NCBI RefSeq assembly: GCF_009914755.1
Contig: NC_060928.1
DNA length: 64,000 nt
Reading direction: 5' to 3' (one strand)
Origin: the human T2T-CHM13v2.0 reference genome, Homo sapiens
Shown: in pieces, positions 1 through 14,780 of the stretch
Layout: each line of letters starts with the position of its first letter
Numbering within the stretch: position 1 is the first letter of the stretch
Program-made: the position numbers and the translations under genes
Notes under the pieces: model-generated
Database searches by the model: none
Told to the model about the DNA's origin: nothing
What the model saw: only the letters and a program-made list of their open reading frames with translations

Positions 1-59
1 AGAAAAAAGAAGCTGAGACACAATGAAGTTAAATCAACTGACTTAGGTCAAATGCCTTG

Positions 60-310
60 GATGTAGAGCCCAAGGCAGGATTTGTATACACATGGCTTTT
101 GAAGGGAGTGCTCTCAAGGCATGGTAGGAATGAGATGTAGGAAGGTAAAAGAGGGGAAGGGATAGGAGCTAAGATTTTTCAAGGGAAGTTTTGCTCTAGT
201 CTGATCCATGGAGATCTCCGAGGATAAACAGGAAAGCAGAGTTTTTCCTGTCTTAAGACAAGAGAATGGACTTAAATATACCTGTTCCTGTTACTGCGCA
301 TGGGGTGCCC

Positions 311-344
<34 letters not shown>

Positions 345-505
345 GTGTGTGTGTAGCCTTGGCTGTAGTTACCCAAAAGTAATCCTGCAGAAAATGTAAC
401 CGACGTGAGCACTTGGGGGTGCCCACTTCTGGGGGATGAACACACCCACCGGGAGAAGGGATTCCAAGAGACCTGAGCAGACCCCAACAGCCTCTGCTAC
501 AGCTG
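60..505. mobile_element. Degenerate ERVL-class LTR (LTR16/LTR40-like), interrupted by a TG repeat
   Basis: agagcccaaggcaggatttg...tgaagggagtgctctc...gggataggagctaag resembles the ERVL LTR consensus as recalled. Confidence 0.35.
312..354. repeat. (TG)n microsatellite
   Basis: About 21 alternating TG units with one CG. Confidence 0.97.
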
Positions 506-1106
506 TTGGCCCAAATCGCATATATAGTAAGGGGAATATCTGAGATTCAAACTTCAATAGTTCTGATGCCTATATCAGTGCCTTTAATGCCCCACCTTTT
601 TCAGGCAGTGCCACATTTGATACACACACATAAATGTACAATATCCCCATTATGGCTTAGGTTGATCCATTAGCAAATATTTTTTAAATTAAATATTAAT
701 GCAAACTAGGATAAGAAAGTCAAGCCTATTTGGCACCCTTCTTTAATATTTTAATGAACTGATACAAATATTTTTTAATTACATGCATTATTTAAATAGT
801 GTCTGAGGAACTTGGAGGTTGCTTGAAAAGGTCTCCCAAAATTTTAAATATTCCCCACTCCATATCTTATTTAGACTAATATATTTAAATTCATTCTGTG
901 AATGAAGATTTGCTCAGAACCTCAGTTTGAACAGTGTGCTAATCACCATATGTTCCAAATGAGTCACTCTGAATTTCTGAAGAATTGTTATATATCTTTA
1001 GTTTTCATTTTATCAGAGATAAAACCATAAAGGCAAGAAAAATTTGATGTTAGGAAGCAGTTGATGAGCCAACTGCCTCCCAAAGGAAAACAATGCCATG
1101 AAACTA

Positions 1107-1610
<504 letters not shown>

Positions 1611-3029
1611 TCATCCATTTTCATCCTTCTCCCAATCCAGCTTCTTTGCCATTTACATGTAGATACACAGGGGAATTTCCATGTCCTCCACTTATCTTGG
1701 TTACCGCTTTTTTTCTCCTTATCTTTCCTATTTTGAATGCCAGCCTCACAGCTATCAACTTTCAAATAAGTAGCCAAGAGGTCTGAATACTTGGAGTAAA
1801 TAGAATGTTTGATTGGACAACATTGTGTATGCATTTCACTGAGTAAAATGCTAGTCTGGATACCTGCCTATGATAAGGCCACCGTTCCCTATTAATATGA
1901 AGCAACAATTGGTTGAGCAGGGGAGAATTAACATGGCCAAACATGTTATATAGTAGACAGCACCTCTAACTGGTCACATATTTAAGCCACACAATGGCAA
2001 ATGGGGAAATAAGGTATATGGCTTTGGGGTAAAGGCAAGTATGAGGCAGAGACCAATCCCTGGAAGTATTTTCTTTGAAAAGGGAATCCTTCAGAGAGTG
2101 AGGCACCTCATTTCTATTTTAAACTATAGCCAGAAACATTTCTCCTAAATGAGAAATTTGCCCTAGGGATTCCTGATGTTTGTCAGAAACCGCTGTAAAT
2201 TTATTTTCATTCACTGGAGAGAAGAGAAGGGAGGTAACATTTATGACATATGCTTGTGCTTTTCATCTGTTATTTAATTTTCACAAGTTTTTCAGGATAA
2301 AATAGTATCCTTATTTTGTTGATAAGAGAATTGAGATTTAGACAAATTAAAAATAAAACGAAAAGAAAAGACAAATTATAGCATGTAAACCAAGGGACAG
2401 ATCTTGAGGTAAAATCCAGACCTTTTGGACCTGATGTTCATGTTCTTTCCATTCTTCCATGCACCCTAGGGCTTAATACATCAACTCGGAAATGTAATTG
2501 AGAGGAGGCTACAAGGAGACACCATTGTTTGGGATTAAACAAAAGCAGGCTGTTTTGTTTACTGTAAGATTCCTCAACACTTTTAAAATGCTGAAGTATA
2601 TTTTGAGCTTCTGGGAAGGGCCTACAGGACAATGTGTCCAAAATTTTATGACCATAGAGTCCTCTCCCCCTGGAAGCATTGCCTGACTTTGAAATTCTAC
2701 TGAAAATATTTTAGATACTACTGTTGCTCCAGTAGTGCTATACTAGAGAAGAGAAAGGCAAGGGCTAGAATGGCTTCTGTTTTTATTTCATAGACTTCTG
2801 CATCGCCTGAAATGTTGTGAGCTCACATTAATTTGGGAAATAAAATAAGTATCATTTACATGAATAAAGAATAATACCATGTACATTCCCAATAGAATGT
2901 ATTTATAGATACATGAGAAGAAATATGTGTGTACTAAACATAGGTCCATATCTCATAATTATTATGCAAAAGCAAAAGAGGAAACATATTCATGTACTGT
3001 CTGATGAGTATTATAATGATACAGCAATG

Positions 3030-3260
3030 AACAGAGTTCTGTAAAACTGGGCACTGCTCAAAGTGAACAGCATATGTTAACTCATTTAATTATCATAATA
3101 ATCCCCTGAAACATATGTAATTATCTCCATGTGTCAGATGAGGAACCTGGGACACAGGTAAGTTAATTTACGTCTCAAAAGTCCTACTAGTTACTTACGT
3201 AAGGAAGTTTGTGGAAGAACCTGATACCAAGTGTTTTTCTACAAAATTTCATACTACTTA
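3030..3260 (-). mobile_element. MIR
   Basis: ttaactcatttaattatcataataatccc...cagatgaggaacctgggacacagg is the reverse of the MIR core. Confidence 0.65.
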
Positions 3261-4064
3261 TGACTCCCACATAAACCTATTTTGCAAGGAATTCTGGAAG
3301 CCTTGTGAGGACTTCTGAAACCTACATAAAGACTAATTAGGGCTCCCAGGATGTTATTTTTGCCTTCTTTAACTTTCCATCCACCTTATCCTGCTTTTTG
3401 CACTTTGGTTATTGAGAAATCAAAAAAATATATATATAGTTAATACCAAAATATATTTTGGAAGAAACAAATACTATAAAATCTGATTTAGCAATATAAA
3501 AGTAATATTAATTTTAATGATTTGCCTGATTCTTATTCATTCATAGACATTTGATGAGCATCTACTAAGTAAAGCTGCAGGAAATATAAGTATAAATTAG
3601 AAACTCTTTCCACCTTAAAAATATGCTTGTGGGTTTACTGGAGAAGACAGGTATTTAAACATCAGCAGCTTTTTTCTACCAGTGGCAAGATTTATGTTGA
3701 CTCCTGAACAGTCTCTCTTGAGGTCTTCCTTGCTACCAGAGACACATGCACACACACATCTGTATGAGGATTAGCCAGGTGGGGCTGTTAACTCATCACT
3801 GGATCACAGCACAACTATCCTTCCCCCAAGGTTATAACTGTACCCACAACCTTATAACTTGCCTATTTTTCTGTGATGCTTTAATCATGCACAGATGTAT
3901 GATTAGGCTATAGGCAAAACTCATGCAAAACGTAATAAAAGGAAAAGGAGAATGAAACTAAAACAGAAGTCCCTATCATTATTACAGAACAAAAAAAGAG
4001 AGAGAAAATGGACTAACCGCTTAGACTAGATTTTGGAAAATAATTGACAGTTATGAAAAAGAAT

Positions 4065-4300
4065 AAGAACAAATGCTTACATAGTGTTAACCTTGAGCCA
4101 GACACTGCAGGTGCTTTATATATTTTGCCTTTTTATCCTCAAGAACTCTATAAGATAAATACTATTATTATCTTCTTTTTACTGATGAAGAAACTGAGAC
4201 ACAGAAAGGATAAGCATGGTGCCCAACATTACAAATTGGGTAAGTTCTTGGGCCTGGGTTCAAATTCAGATGATTGCGTCAGAATCAACACTCTGGACCA
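4065..4300 (-). mobile_element. MIR
   Basis: actgatgaagaaactgagacacagaaaggataagc reverse MIR core. Confidence 0.7.
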
Positions 4301-4384
4301 CCACCAGGACATCTGTGATACAAAGTTGAGTAAGTACTGACCAAGTCACCCCTCTTTGCTGGCAACTGCACCTAATGTTATACA

Positions 4385-4515
4385 TATGTATGAGAACATG
4401 TGGTATTTGCTTTTCTGTTCCTGCATTAGTTTGCTTAGAATAATAGCCTCCAGCTCCATCCATATTGCTCCAAAGGACAGGATCTCATTTTTTCATGGCT
4501 GTATAGTATTCCATA
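4385..4515 (-). mobile_element. L1 (L1PA/L1PB-type) 3' fragment
   Basis: gagaacatgtggtatttgcttttctgttcctgcattagtttgcttagaataatagcctccagctccatccat matches the L1 ORF2-end/3'UTR antisense. Confidence 0.8.
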
Positions 4516-4724
4516 TTCACAACCAATCTATAAGGTAAATCTTATCCCCACTTGTTAATAAAGGAAAACTAAGAACAGATAACTATTATTGACTGGGTTT
4601 GGATGAAAACACAAGGCTATTTGAATTCAACACAGTGTGCTTTTAGGGGGAAATTGTCTTTGGACTTCAGTTCTGTGAAAGTACAAGTCATATCTTATTT
4701 AGTTTAGATTCTAAAACCATAGCA

Positions 4725-5008
4725 TGTTTTTATTAATTTTTAATTATTAAGGATACATAATGGGTGTATATATTTATTTGATATTTTGATACAGGCATAT
4801 AATGTGTAATGATTCAATCAGGGTAATTGGGGCATCTGTTACCTCAAGCATTTATCATTTATTTTTGTTACCAACATTCTAACTCCACTCTTTTAGTTGT
4901 TTTAAAATATAGAATAAATTATTGTCGAGTATAGTCATCCTCTTGTGCTATCAAACACTAGATTTTATTTATTCCATCTAACCATGTATTTGTACTCATT
5001 AACTATCC
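4725..5008 (-). mobile_element. L1MA 3'UTR fragment with probable TSD ccatagcat
   Basis: tattttgatacaggcatataatgtgtaatgat...acctcaagcatttatc...tgtgctatcaaacactag; ccatagcat occurs on both flanks. Confidence 0.85.
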
Positions 5009-7146
5009 CATAGCATAGAGCCCCAAAGCAAGGATTTTTTTTCTACTGCAAATTGCATCAATTTGAATTAAAAGTGAACTAATCTAAGTCCCTTTTTTAT
5101 TCAAGAAAATAAATCTAGTAATGAAAGAGGAAAATTATATGGATCATCCCTAAGGACAAGTTTTATAAAGTACTTTAAAAAAATGTATGAGATGTACTTA
5201 GGATTCCTGCCTAGTAAGCCATTTAATGGAATCTTTGCACTGGTCTTAAATGCGTCTGTGTACTGCTTGAAACCTCTATCACTCCTTTCCTTTTAAATCT
5301 GTTCCTCATATTAAATAATTCTTACCTAGGTTTTCACATGAATGGTGCCTAGGCAGATGCAAGAAGCTGCTGCTAGGGAAATAAAATGGAAACTCAGAAA
5401 TGAAGGAAGCTGAGAATTGCCAAGCAGCCACAGACTCCCACTCTATACCCGCTTCCTCACCCCACCCTTTCCCACATGTCACATACACATTCCAATTTTC
5501 CCTTGCAGAGGAAATGAAGCAAAACACATCAATGGAGTGAAATGGTTTGTCCCTAAGAATCAGAAAACTAAAGCTTCTCTTAGCAGGTACAAAAAAAAAT
5601 AGCTTTTCTTTTAGTTAAGTAAGACTCCTAGGCAAAACATCAAAATCCTGGGCTCTTGATAACTTTTTTGACATAGAAATATTTATAGAGATGGCTCTTT
5701 ATCAATGATTCCAGAAACTGTTTGACTTGAAGTTGAAAAATGACTTCAAGGTATAAAAATCTGGCATTAGCACCAAGATGTTGACCCTGAATTCTCTTAT
5801 TTTTAAAGATTAAAAACAAACTCATAACTCCTCAATGTTAAATATGTTTTCTGGACCCAAAAATGTTTTTCATTTTACGTTGATAAATTACTATGTTCCA
5901 AAGCGGACTGCTTTTCTCCTCCTGGGAAAAAAAAATAATGTATGTTTCATATTGATATTCTTCTCTTTTTAAAATTAACCTCCAAAAAAAGCTACATAAA
6001 CACATGCCAAAAAGTGACATGTTCAAAGAAGAAATGAAAAATGTCACTGTGTGTATATACCAACCTCCCGTGTGTATACTTTTTTAATGAGATCATTATT
6101 TTGCATACTGTTTTGAAACTTGTTCTTTTAATTTAAGAAATATGTTCTGAGTATCTTTTCAACACAGTTGTATTTGCCATTCTCATGGGACTTGTGGTGA
6201 ATAGATGGGAGAATTTATCAACATGCAAATGAAACAAGGCTCTTGCCCGAGCTGAGTGAACTTGGGCCAAGGAAGATGACACTGATTAGGTGAGAGAGGA
6301 AACCAAGCTTAGAAGGGGCAGAAGTCTGGGACCTAAAAGAGGCAGCCAGGAAACCACATTGGTTATGACAGAGCCTTTTCAAGGTCAGGAAGGGAAGTTC
6401 ATGACCTGGCAAGCAACAACTAGGTAGATGTAAGAGCACATTACCGTGCCCTTATGAGGAGCCAGAACTAGTCATTGTAAGCTAAGCACTTCATGTCTAT
6501 TAAATATGTATTCTTTACAGACAATAGTCCATGAGCTGGATCCAGCTGAGGATTTTATAGAAGAAGTAGAGGCTCAGAAAAGTTAAATAATTTGCCTGAG
6601 ATCACACAGCTTGTTAGAGCAGGGATTGTAGTCAGGGTGTTTTCCTCCCAAAGGCACAGCATGTTCCATTTCAACCCACAGACAAGCTTTATTCTTTATC
6701 CAGTGCCCTTTTTCACAATGTCCCTCCTTCTGCCTCTGTACTTGTACACATGGTTAAATATAAATTCATCTCCCAGAAAATCTTCAACAGGTCTTGGTGC
6801 AAAAGACTCAGGGTTCTTCAATGAGCTCAATGCATGTTAACTGGTAAATCTCATGGCTTATGTTCATGGAGTATGTGTATGTGTGTGGAGTGTGCTAGAG
6901 TGTGCACCCATGAGTCTAGCATATGTTTATACAAACATTTGTGTACAAATAGGTATGTGTAGATGCACATACAAAATTATAAACCTCACTGATCTTAATA
7001 ACCATTTTCTACATATTTTCAAAGGCAGGGAATTAGGTCTATGACAACTAGGTATCAAACTTTCCAAAAGCTAATAAGAGATGATTTACGGCTAACACAG
7101 ACACAAGAGAAGTACAAATGCACCACCATTAAAAATATCTGATGAT

Positions 7147-7581
<435 letters not shown>

Positions 7582-8429
7582 CTATGTATTGGAGTTTGAC
7601 TATATTTGTGAAGGCACAGTATATAAACACCTTTCAGGAATTCATCTGTTGCTTTAAGAGAAGTCTGAGAGTTTTTTCTTAAGCATTTTCAACATAATAA
7701 ATAAACTACTATTTGAACACATTTTGCTGGGTCTTCTCCCTGAGATATTTTACAAATTATTTGGATCGATAGTACAAAATTGCAGTCAAACCACTAGGAA
7801 ATGGGATTTTAAGTCAGTGCCTTAGCCTCATCACACATCTGGAGGACACCATTCCCATACCCTTCCTACCTTGTTCAATTTTAAGTCTTCCATGGTGGTA
7901 CCTCCATCGTCTGAGCTACAATATTTGTTTTTGCAAATTTGGAGGGTTGTACTAACAGATACTCTCTACATTTCTTGCTTTTTTCCCTATTCTCTCATTT
8001 GCCACCGAGTCTTTCCCTTCTCTTTGAACACGTCTGTAAGAATGATCTTGCAGTAATATACCCAAGAAAATGCCTCCTTTATCTAAGTCAGGAAGAGTGT
8101 TCTTTTAAAACTATGACTGCGAATCTCAAATGGGCACTCAGCACTGCCCGGCAATCTTCTCACATTTGCTCGGTAAATTCACTTCCCCAGGCTCTGATAA
8201 GACTATATGGTATTTCCTTTCTCCTTGAAATATCAATTACTCCCCACCACACAAATGCTTTTCACCTCACCCTACTTCATACTAACTAAGAAGAAAGCAG
8301 TTGGACACAATATCTCTCAACTTCCCATTATGGATACACCAATATCTAAGCCTATATTCTCTGCTTTCCCTAGCATATAATGCAGAGACAGAGAGGCTTT
8401 GCTGCAACTAAAGCCAACTCCTTTACAAT

Positions 8430-8542
8430 ATCAGGGACCTCAGTGGTTTTTTCCCTATAGCATCCCCAGCACCTAGAAGAGTACCCAGCAGGAGCTCAGT
8501 AATTATAAATTCAATGAATGAATGAATGGATGAATGAATGAA
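8430..8542 (+). mobile_element. L2 3' end with (TGAA)n tail
   Basis: catccccagcacctagaagagtacc...ctcagtaattataaattcaatgaatgaatgaatg. Confidence 0.65.
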
Positions 8543-9267
8543 TATCTATGACTATGAAAGATTCTATCTGTCCTAAACGGGGAGGAGGACAAGCATCAGG
8601 ACAAACAGTTTTAGGGTGATACTCGACATCTGTAGGACATGGATAGATAACCATATGTAAAACAAATGATAATAAATAGGAGATAATATTCACCCTTGCC
8701 TCATCTACTCTGTCTGTCTTATCTGGCTTCTTACATTGTATCTAATAATTAATGGTTACATTCATAGGATATATTAATAGAGCCAGCTACCTTCCATTCA
8801 TCTCTATAAGTCTTAACAACAGTGACCAATTTACATAAGATGAAACTGAAGCTCAAAGGAGTCAAGTATGTTACCCAATGTCAACTCTTAAATGAAGGAG
8901 GTAGGGTTCAAGTCTATGGATTTTTTTAAATGGTAAAGTCCATACTCTCTCCACTCAGCCACGCTGTCAATCAGCCCCTGAGACCTTCCTGTAAGTCCGA
9001 GTTCAACTGAGTTTCTTAGCCAATCCTTCGGGAAATAGGACTACATTCTACTGCAGTCTACTGGAAATGTCATGCTGTCAAATAATCCCATCCTAATTGT
9101 GTCAGGCATGAAGTCTAAATGGCCACAGAGATAGGCAGAGAGACAGGGGGACCCCTAATGGGAACTTTATATCTACCCTCTGTCTTATAGGATTGGATCT
9201 TGCTTTCTGTGTTCCCAGTCATGAATTTTAATCATGTAAGAAAAGACAAGATCTTTTAAGATTACAA

Positions 9268-9468
9268 CAGGAGCAGATCTTGGTATTGTGGGATCTGAAA
9301 CACATATGATTTGGGGAAGTGGGGTCTATGAGAAAAGAATTAAAAAATCATATGTAAAATTGGGCATGGAAGTTAACATTTATTTAGACTAGGAATGGGA
9401 AGGGGTCCATGCATTTGAAAGTCTCTGTAGCTTAATCTTCATTTACTTCAAACCTAATTCTGCCTCTG
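9268..9468. mobile_element. hAT (Tip100-like) non-autonomous DNA transposon
   Basis: Imperfect terminal inverted repeats caggagcagat... / ...attctgcctctg; internal sequence resembles a recalled mammalian MITE. Confidence 0.5.
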
Positions 9469-9489
9469 ATCATGATCTAGCCCTATCTG

Positions 9490-9730
9490 GGAGGCAGGAA
9501 CACGGTGGTTGAGAGCCTTTGTTCTCCAGGTGGGCAGCCTGATTTTGAATCCCGCCTTGACCACTTCTAGTTATATGATCTTAGGTGAGTGGCTGAAATT
9601 TCACAAGCATATACTTTGTCATTTGTTAAATTTTCAAATACAACTGGATCATAAAAACTGTTAATATGAATGATCATATAAATTCTTGATCATAGTGCCT
9701 GACATATGCTCAACAAAGTGCTCATTAAGG
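9490..9730 (+). mobile_element. MIR
   Basis: gtggttgagagc...gaatcccgccttgaccacttctagttatatgatcttagg...atagtgcctgacatatgctcaacaaa. Confidence 0.7.
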
Positions 9731-10984
9731 TGTGTTTGATATTATTAGCATCTAATGCCATCTTCTTGCTTACCAGCTCTGGAACCTCTCTATTTGAGAC
9801 TCCCCTACTATATTCATTTGATACCTCCTGAATGCCTGAGCACCAGGCACTTAGGATTTGACTCTGTGTCTTCCCATTATGTACCTTCAACAACAAGATC
9901 TGGGCCCTAACTCCCTGCTGAACCAAAGCCTGGTTCCCAGCCTCACTACAACTGTGTCATCGCATTTTGGCATACCTATTAGTTTTATAAGAATCCTTGT
10001 TTCTGCCTGTGTACCAGTAAACCTTCCCCATTTTCCTGGGCATAATCCAATAAAACTAGAAAAAAGTAATATCATGAAAAGCATTCACAATAGATTTTTA
10101 AGTGAAGAGCTAGAATTCCTATAATTGTGGCTAATAAGGTTGTTTTTACAGGGATATGCAAAAATTTAATACTACAAATATGTAAAATGGTGAGGTCCTC
10201 ACCTAGAATATAATGATCACTCTATTATAGATAATGTAATTATTACAATATGTATGCTACCAAATAGCATTGTGATTTCTAACAAGTCAATTAACCTTCC
10301 TGGGCCTCAATTTACTCATAAAATGAGGAAGCTGGACTACACTTTCTATGATTCTTGCTAGTTCCAATAAATATGTATTAGTACATATACCTGGGATATT
10401 AATGTATCATTCACATCTCAACTTGGAATGTGCCCAATTTGAATATTTCCCTTTGAAGCTGATAAGTGAGGGAGAAGGAACTACTCAAAGGATAACAACA
10501 TTGTCTTCTTTTTTTGTGTGTGAAATTCACCTTTTTACCTCTACTGTCACAATATTCTCACTATGGCAAGTGTTCAAGGAATATTATTTGACTTTTCGAA
10601 ATTCCTTCTCTAGTAAAGTCCTATTAAGACAATTAACATTGCTCCTAAAAGTGTAATTATAAGTGTGGTATATATCCCAGCTTGTTGAAGCAACCTGGTA
10701 AGAAGAAATGAAGACTAGACCTGCTCACCCCATGTGGAAGGTAGAGGGAAAACCTAGATCAATGAAGAGCAGTGAAGTTTTGGCTTGCGCTCACACGAAA
10801 GATTGGGCCACAGGCAGTTGTTTCATATAAAGGAAGTCTGAAAATAAGTGTTGAATCCATGCCCTGGTGGTATCTGGCGCAGAGCAAAGAGGTGTCTTGG
10901 AGTAGGCAGCTATGGTACAGAAACAATATCAGGGCGTATAAAAGAAGGTAGAATCAGGAACTGTGTAGAGACTTTCTATTTGAA

Positions 10985-11524
10985 CCCTTCAATGGCTTTC
11001 CAGTAACAAACAGTAAGTTCTAAAGTCCTTATAATGGCCCTGTAGGATATGACCTTGGCTCTCCCTCCATTGCTCCTCCCATTACCCTGGCAAGCTCACT
11101 CTGCTTCAGCTACACTAGCCTGCCTGTGCTCCTTGGATATATGAAGCACACTTCTAACCAGAGTCTCTTGTATGTGGCGGTTCCTTTGCCTGGAATGCTC
11201 TTATCCCAGACTCTCTCATGTCTCATGCACTCATTTAAGTATTTTCAAACAAGTCAGTTCTTTGGAAAGGCTTTCTCTGACAACCCTTTGATAAATAACA
11301 CCCTGTTTCTGTCCCCATGCTATATTTTGTGCTTGTCTCTATTAAATATTGGATTATATATTCCTATATATTCCTTTATTTATATTTTTGTCTTGCTTCC
11401 CCAATAGTATATACATTTCTCAAACTCTGCAACTGTGTTCATATACTGTGCTTAGGACAACATATGGACCACAATAGAGGCACATGCAGTTAGTGAATGA
11501 ATGAATGAATGAATGAATGAATGA
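10985..11524 (+). mobile_element. L2 3' portion with (TGAA)n tail
   Basis: ccttcaatggctttcc...gttcctttgcctggaatgctctt...gaatgaatgaatgaatgaatg. Confidence 0.75.
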
Positions 11525-11739
11525 AATCCACTACAACTACTTTGATTCTTATTTTTGTAGCATTTACGGTTTGTATCTCAAAACTCAGCAGATGAACTTG
11601 CAAGAATGGAGGCTTTATCTGTTCTGCTTATGGCTGAATCCCCACTGTCTAGAACAGTAGCTGGCACTTGGGAGTTCTCAATAGATAATCTTAAATGTTG
11701 TTTACCATGAAAAAGTTCTTGTACTCTAGTTTTAAGAAC

Positions 11740-11818
11740 GGAAATGAATTGTTCTTTGATTTTGGTAACAAGTCACCATCAGAACCAGTTTTAAACTCAA
11801 CCCAATCAATCAATGACA
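11740..11818 (+). repeat. Copy 1 of an ~80-bp dispersed direct repeat (copy 2 at 12706-12786)
   Basis: aattgttctttgattttggtaacaagtcaccatcagaaccagttttaaactcaacccaatcaatcaatgaca. Confidence 0.85.
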
Positions 11819-12049
11819 ATTTTGCATTAGTAACCGTGCTTTGGAAAGCCTAAAACTCTATATAGCAACAGCAGTGTTTGGTTTTGAGTGACAGCATCTT
11901 ACAAGCACAGCTCTCACTTGTTTACCAAGCAATGAAGCAACTTTTGGTTTAAGGCATTGAGCTGTGGTCTCTCTCTCTCTCTCTTTTTTTTTTTGATGGA
12001 AAGATGATGGTTCTTAGCTATAATGGCAAAAGACAAATAACTTATTATA

Positions 12050-12280
12050 ATCTTATACAGGGTTCTAAGCATATACAAATACCAACTATATTAATCCACA
12101 AAACAAGCAGGAGAGGGAGGTGCTATGATTATTCCAATTTAGTAGACAAAGAAACTGAAGTACTGAGGGTTGGAGTGCTTATCCAATGTCTACAGCCAAG
12201 GTGTATTCCAGCTGGGATTATTATTAAATCCAATTATTTTGGCTTCAGAGTCTGTGTTCTTAGTTTCTACATTCTATGGC
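12050..12280 (-). mobile_element. MIR
   Basis: tattccaatttagtagacaaagaaactgaagtactgagggtt...ggcttcagagtctgtgttctta. Confidence 0.6.
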
Positions 12281-12537
12281 TTCCCTATGAGAACTGAAAC
12301 ACACACTTGTTATAATTCCAGGAGCCAGATTTGTCTTGATGATTAGTCTACTGACTTAATCAAATGCTTTTCAAATAATTGTCATAAACAGTCTGGCCGG
12401 TGGGGGTGAATTTCAAACAGAGAGGTAAGGGCAGACATCTGTGGGATGGTGGCACCAAAGCAAGCAGTTAGGAAGGTACAGAATTTAGAATTTAATAATC
12501 GGCATGTTGAACAATTAAGGTAACTGCCCTCGTGACT

Positions 12538-12698
12538 TGTGTGTGTGTATATATTTATATATGTATGTGTGTGTGTATACATACACACATACATAAGTAC
12601 GTATGTGTGTGTGCGTGTGTTTGTGTGTGTATAAATATATGAATTTCTGGTAAGTCAAGTGCTATATCAAATATGTGTATATATATATATATATATAT
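12538..12698. repeat. Compound (TG)n/(TA)n/(CA)n alternating purine-pyrimidine repeat
   Basis: Directly visible. Confidence 0.9.
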
Positions 12699-12705
12699 TT
12701 GGAAA

Positions 12706-12786
12706 GGAGATGAATAATTGTTATTTGAATGTGGTAACAAATACCCACCAGACCAGTTTTAAACCCAACCCAATCAATCAGTGACA
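12706..12786 (+). repeat. Copy 2 of the ~80-bp dispersed direct repeat
   Basis: aattgttatttgaatgtggtaacaaatacccaccagaccagttttaaacccaacccaatcaatcagtgaca. Confidence 0.85.
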
Positions 12787-14524
12787 TATATATTTGTTAT
12801 AGGACCTTGGCCTTCCAAAAATTCATCTGTGGGGTATCTGAACTGGCTACCAGATGGTAATGGCTCAGTATTACTAAACGTATTCAGACAAGTCATAGAG
12901 GTGAAAAACACCTCAATTTATGGCTAAGTCCCTCAGCCTGATAGTTCTTTGTAATGGCACCTATTTCTAACCTTAAAGTTATGCCAAAAAGCAACTTCAC
13001 TATCACTCGGCCCTAAATTCTTGGACCATAAGCAGAATAACAAGAGAGCTACAATTTGAATAAGCATTTTATGAAACAGGTTATGTTTGAAGTTTATCTT
13101 CTGAATATAATTCATTAGCTTTTTCTTTGCAGAAAAGAGTTCTGTCAATAACCAATCATTTTTAGTTCATTTCGTCTCTCTGGGACTCAGTTTCCTTATC
13201 TATAAGATGATCAATTTGAAACTGGCAGTTTCTGCAGGATGTTTTGTTCTATGAAACCTTGAAAAATCAGAGCTACAATTATGTAAATTACTGATATATC
13301 TTCTCTTATTTTTCCCTCTTCCTCATTTTTCTGGGTTCACTATAGTACCTATGCTTTTACTAATGTCTCTACATAGAGCTAGAAGCAAAAAAAAAATGAA
13401 TCAGATTCTTAAATACAATTTTTTTAATGGGCATATTCTGTAAGAGAAGTTCATACTGTGTATGACTTTTATGTATCTCTGTATGTTTTATCTTACTTGG
13501 GAATATTTATCTTGTGCAGTCACAATGAATGCCTTTTGGATTGGCGCTACAATAAAGATATTGGAATTAATCTAGACTCCTTCATTTACTTCCTTGTGAT
13601 CTTAAGCAAGTTATTATTCTCCCTGAACTTCTAGTTTATTCATCTGCAAAATCAAAATATCACTTTCAGTCTTGCATGATTGAGATGATAATTCCAAGGC
13701 GAGGCATATGCAACACTTTTTTTCATCCTCTTTGTCTTATACAGGTTCTCAACTAAGGTAAGCTTTCTTCCCTCCCTTGTACTCTGTTCTCAATAACTAG
13801 AACCATCAGTGCTCCTTCTTGTTTTTTACTTGCTGAGAAAGGTTGGGGTGTGTGTTTTCTGTTGATGACCATCTTCATCAAGCCTTAAAACCCAATTGAT
13901 GCTTGTGTTATGCTTTAATTCAATGCTGGATGCACTTACTTCAAAATATTACTCCAATATGGATCATCTTACTGCCTTCATCCATGCTTCAGTCAACCCA
14001 ATCCATACATCTCAGACCTTTTCATAAATAACAGTCGTCCTGGATTCAAGGTCTCACTTTTTCTCAGTAGCATCTTATGTTGAATTTCCTCCTTTCTCCA
14101 ATCACCAGCCCTTCTCTGCCCCATCTATTTCCAGCCATCCCATTTGTCTCCCAAAGCAAAACAGATCGACTTTCAGTTTGAGAATAAACATTTCTGTCTA
14201 TTTTCTTTTCAAATTTTACCCCAGATCCCAACTAAAGTGTGTGCTTGATTTGACTGAAATTTAATGCTGATTTATTCATGTTACAAGAGTTTGTTTAATT
14301 TATAACATGGTGCCTTTATAATATTATTTTACTGTGTTTAGAAGATTACAGTACACATGCTTATGCTTGTTAAATAATGTAAGTGATTGAGAGTATTTCA
14401 TGCATAGAATGCGTCCAAGAAAGGCTTGTGGAAAACCATTAATGGATGCCTAATTTAACACTTTCTCCCCTTTGCAAAATTATTAGCCATTGCCCTTGAT
14501 GTTGTAATGCTTAGGAAATGAAAA

Positions 14525-14780
14525 TTATGTAATAAGATACGGAGTCTGATGGCCTGAGTTTGAATTCCAGTTTTATGACTTACTAGCTGAGTTAACCTTG
14601 ATCCAAATTCAGTGGACTCTATAGGTCTAAGTTTTCTTATATCTAAAGCGTAAGTGATTACCTATCTCAAAGGATTTGGTGAAGATTAAATAAGATATAG
14701 CCATACTATACTATATTACATGAATAATATATCTATACTATACTCTGTTTAACACATGTCTGACATATAGGTGATAATAA
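14525..14780 (+). mobile_element. MIR
   Basis: ggagtctgatggcctgagtttgaattccagttttatgacttactagctgagttaaccttg. Confidence 0.7.
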
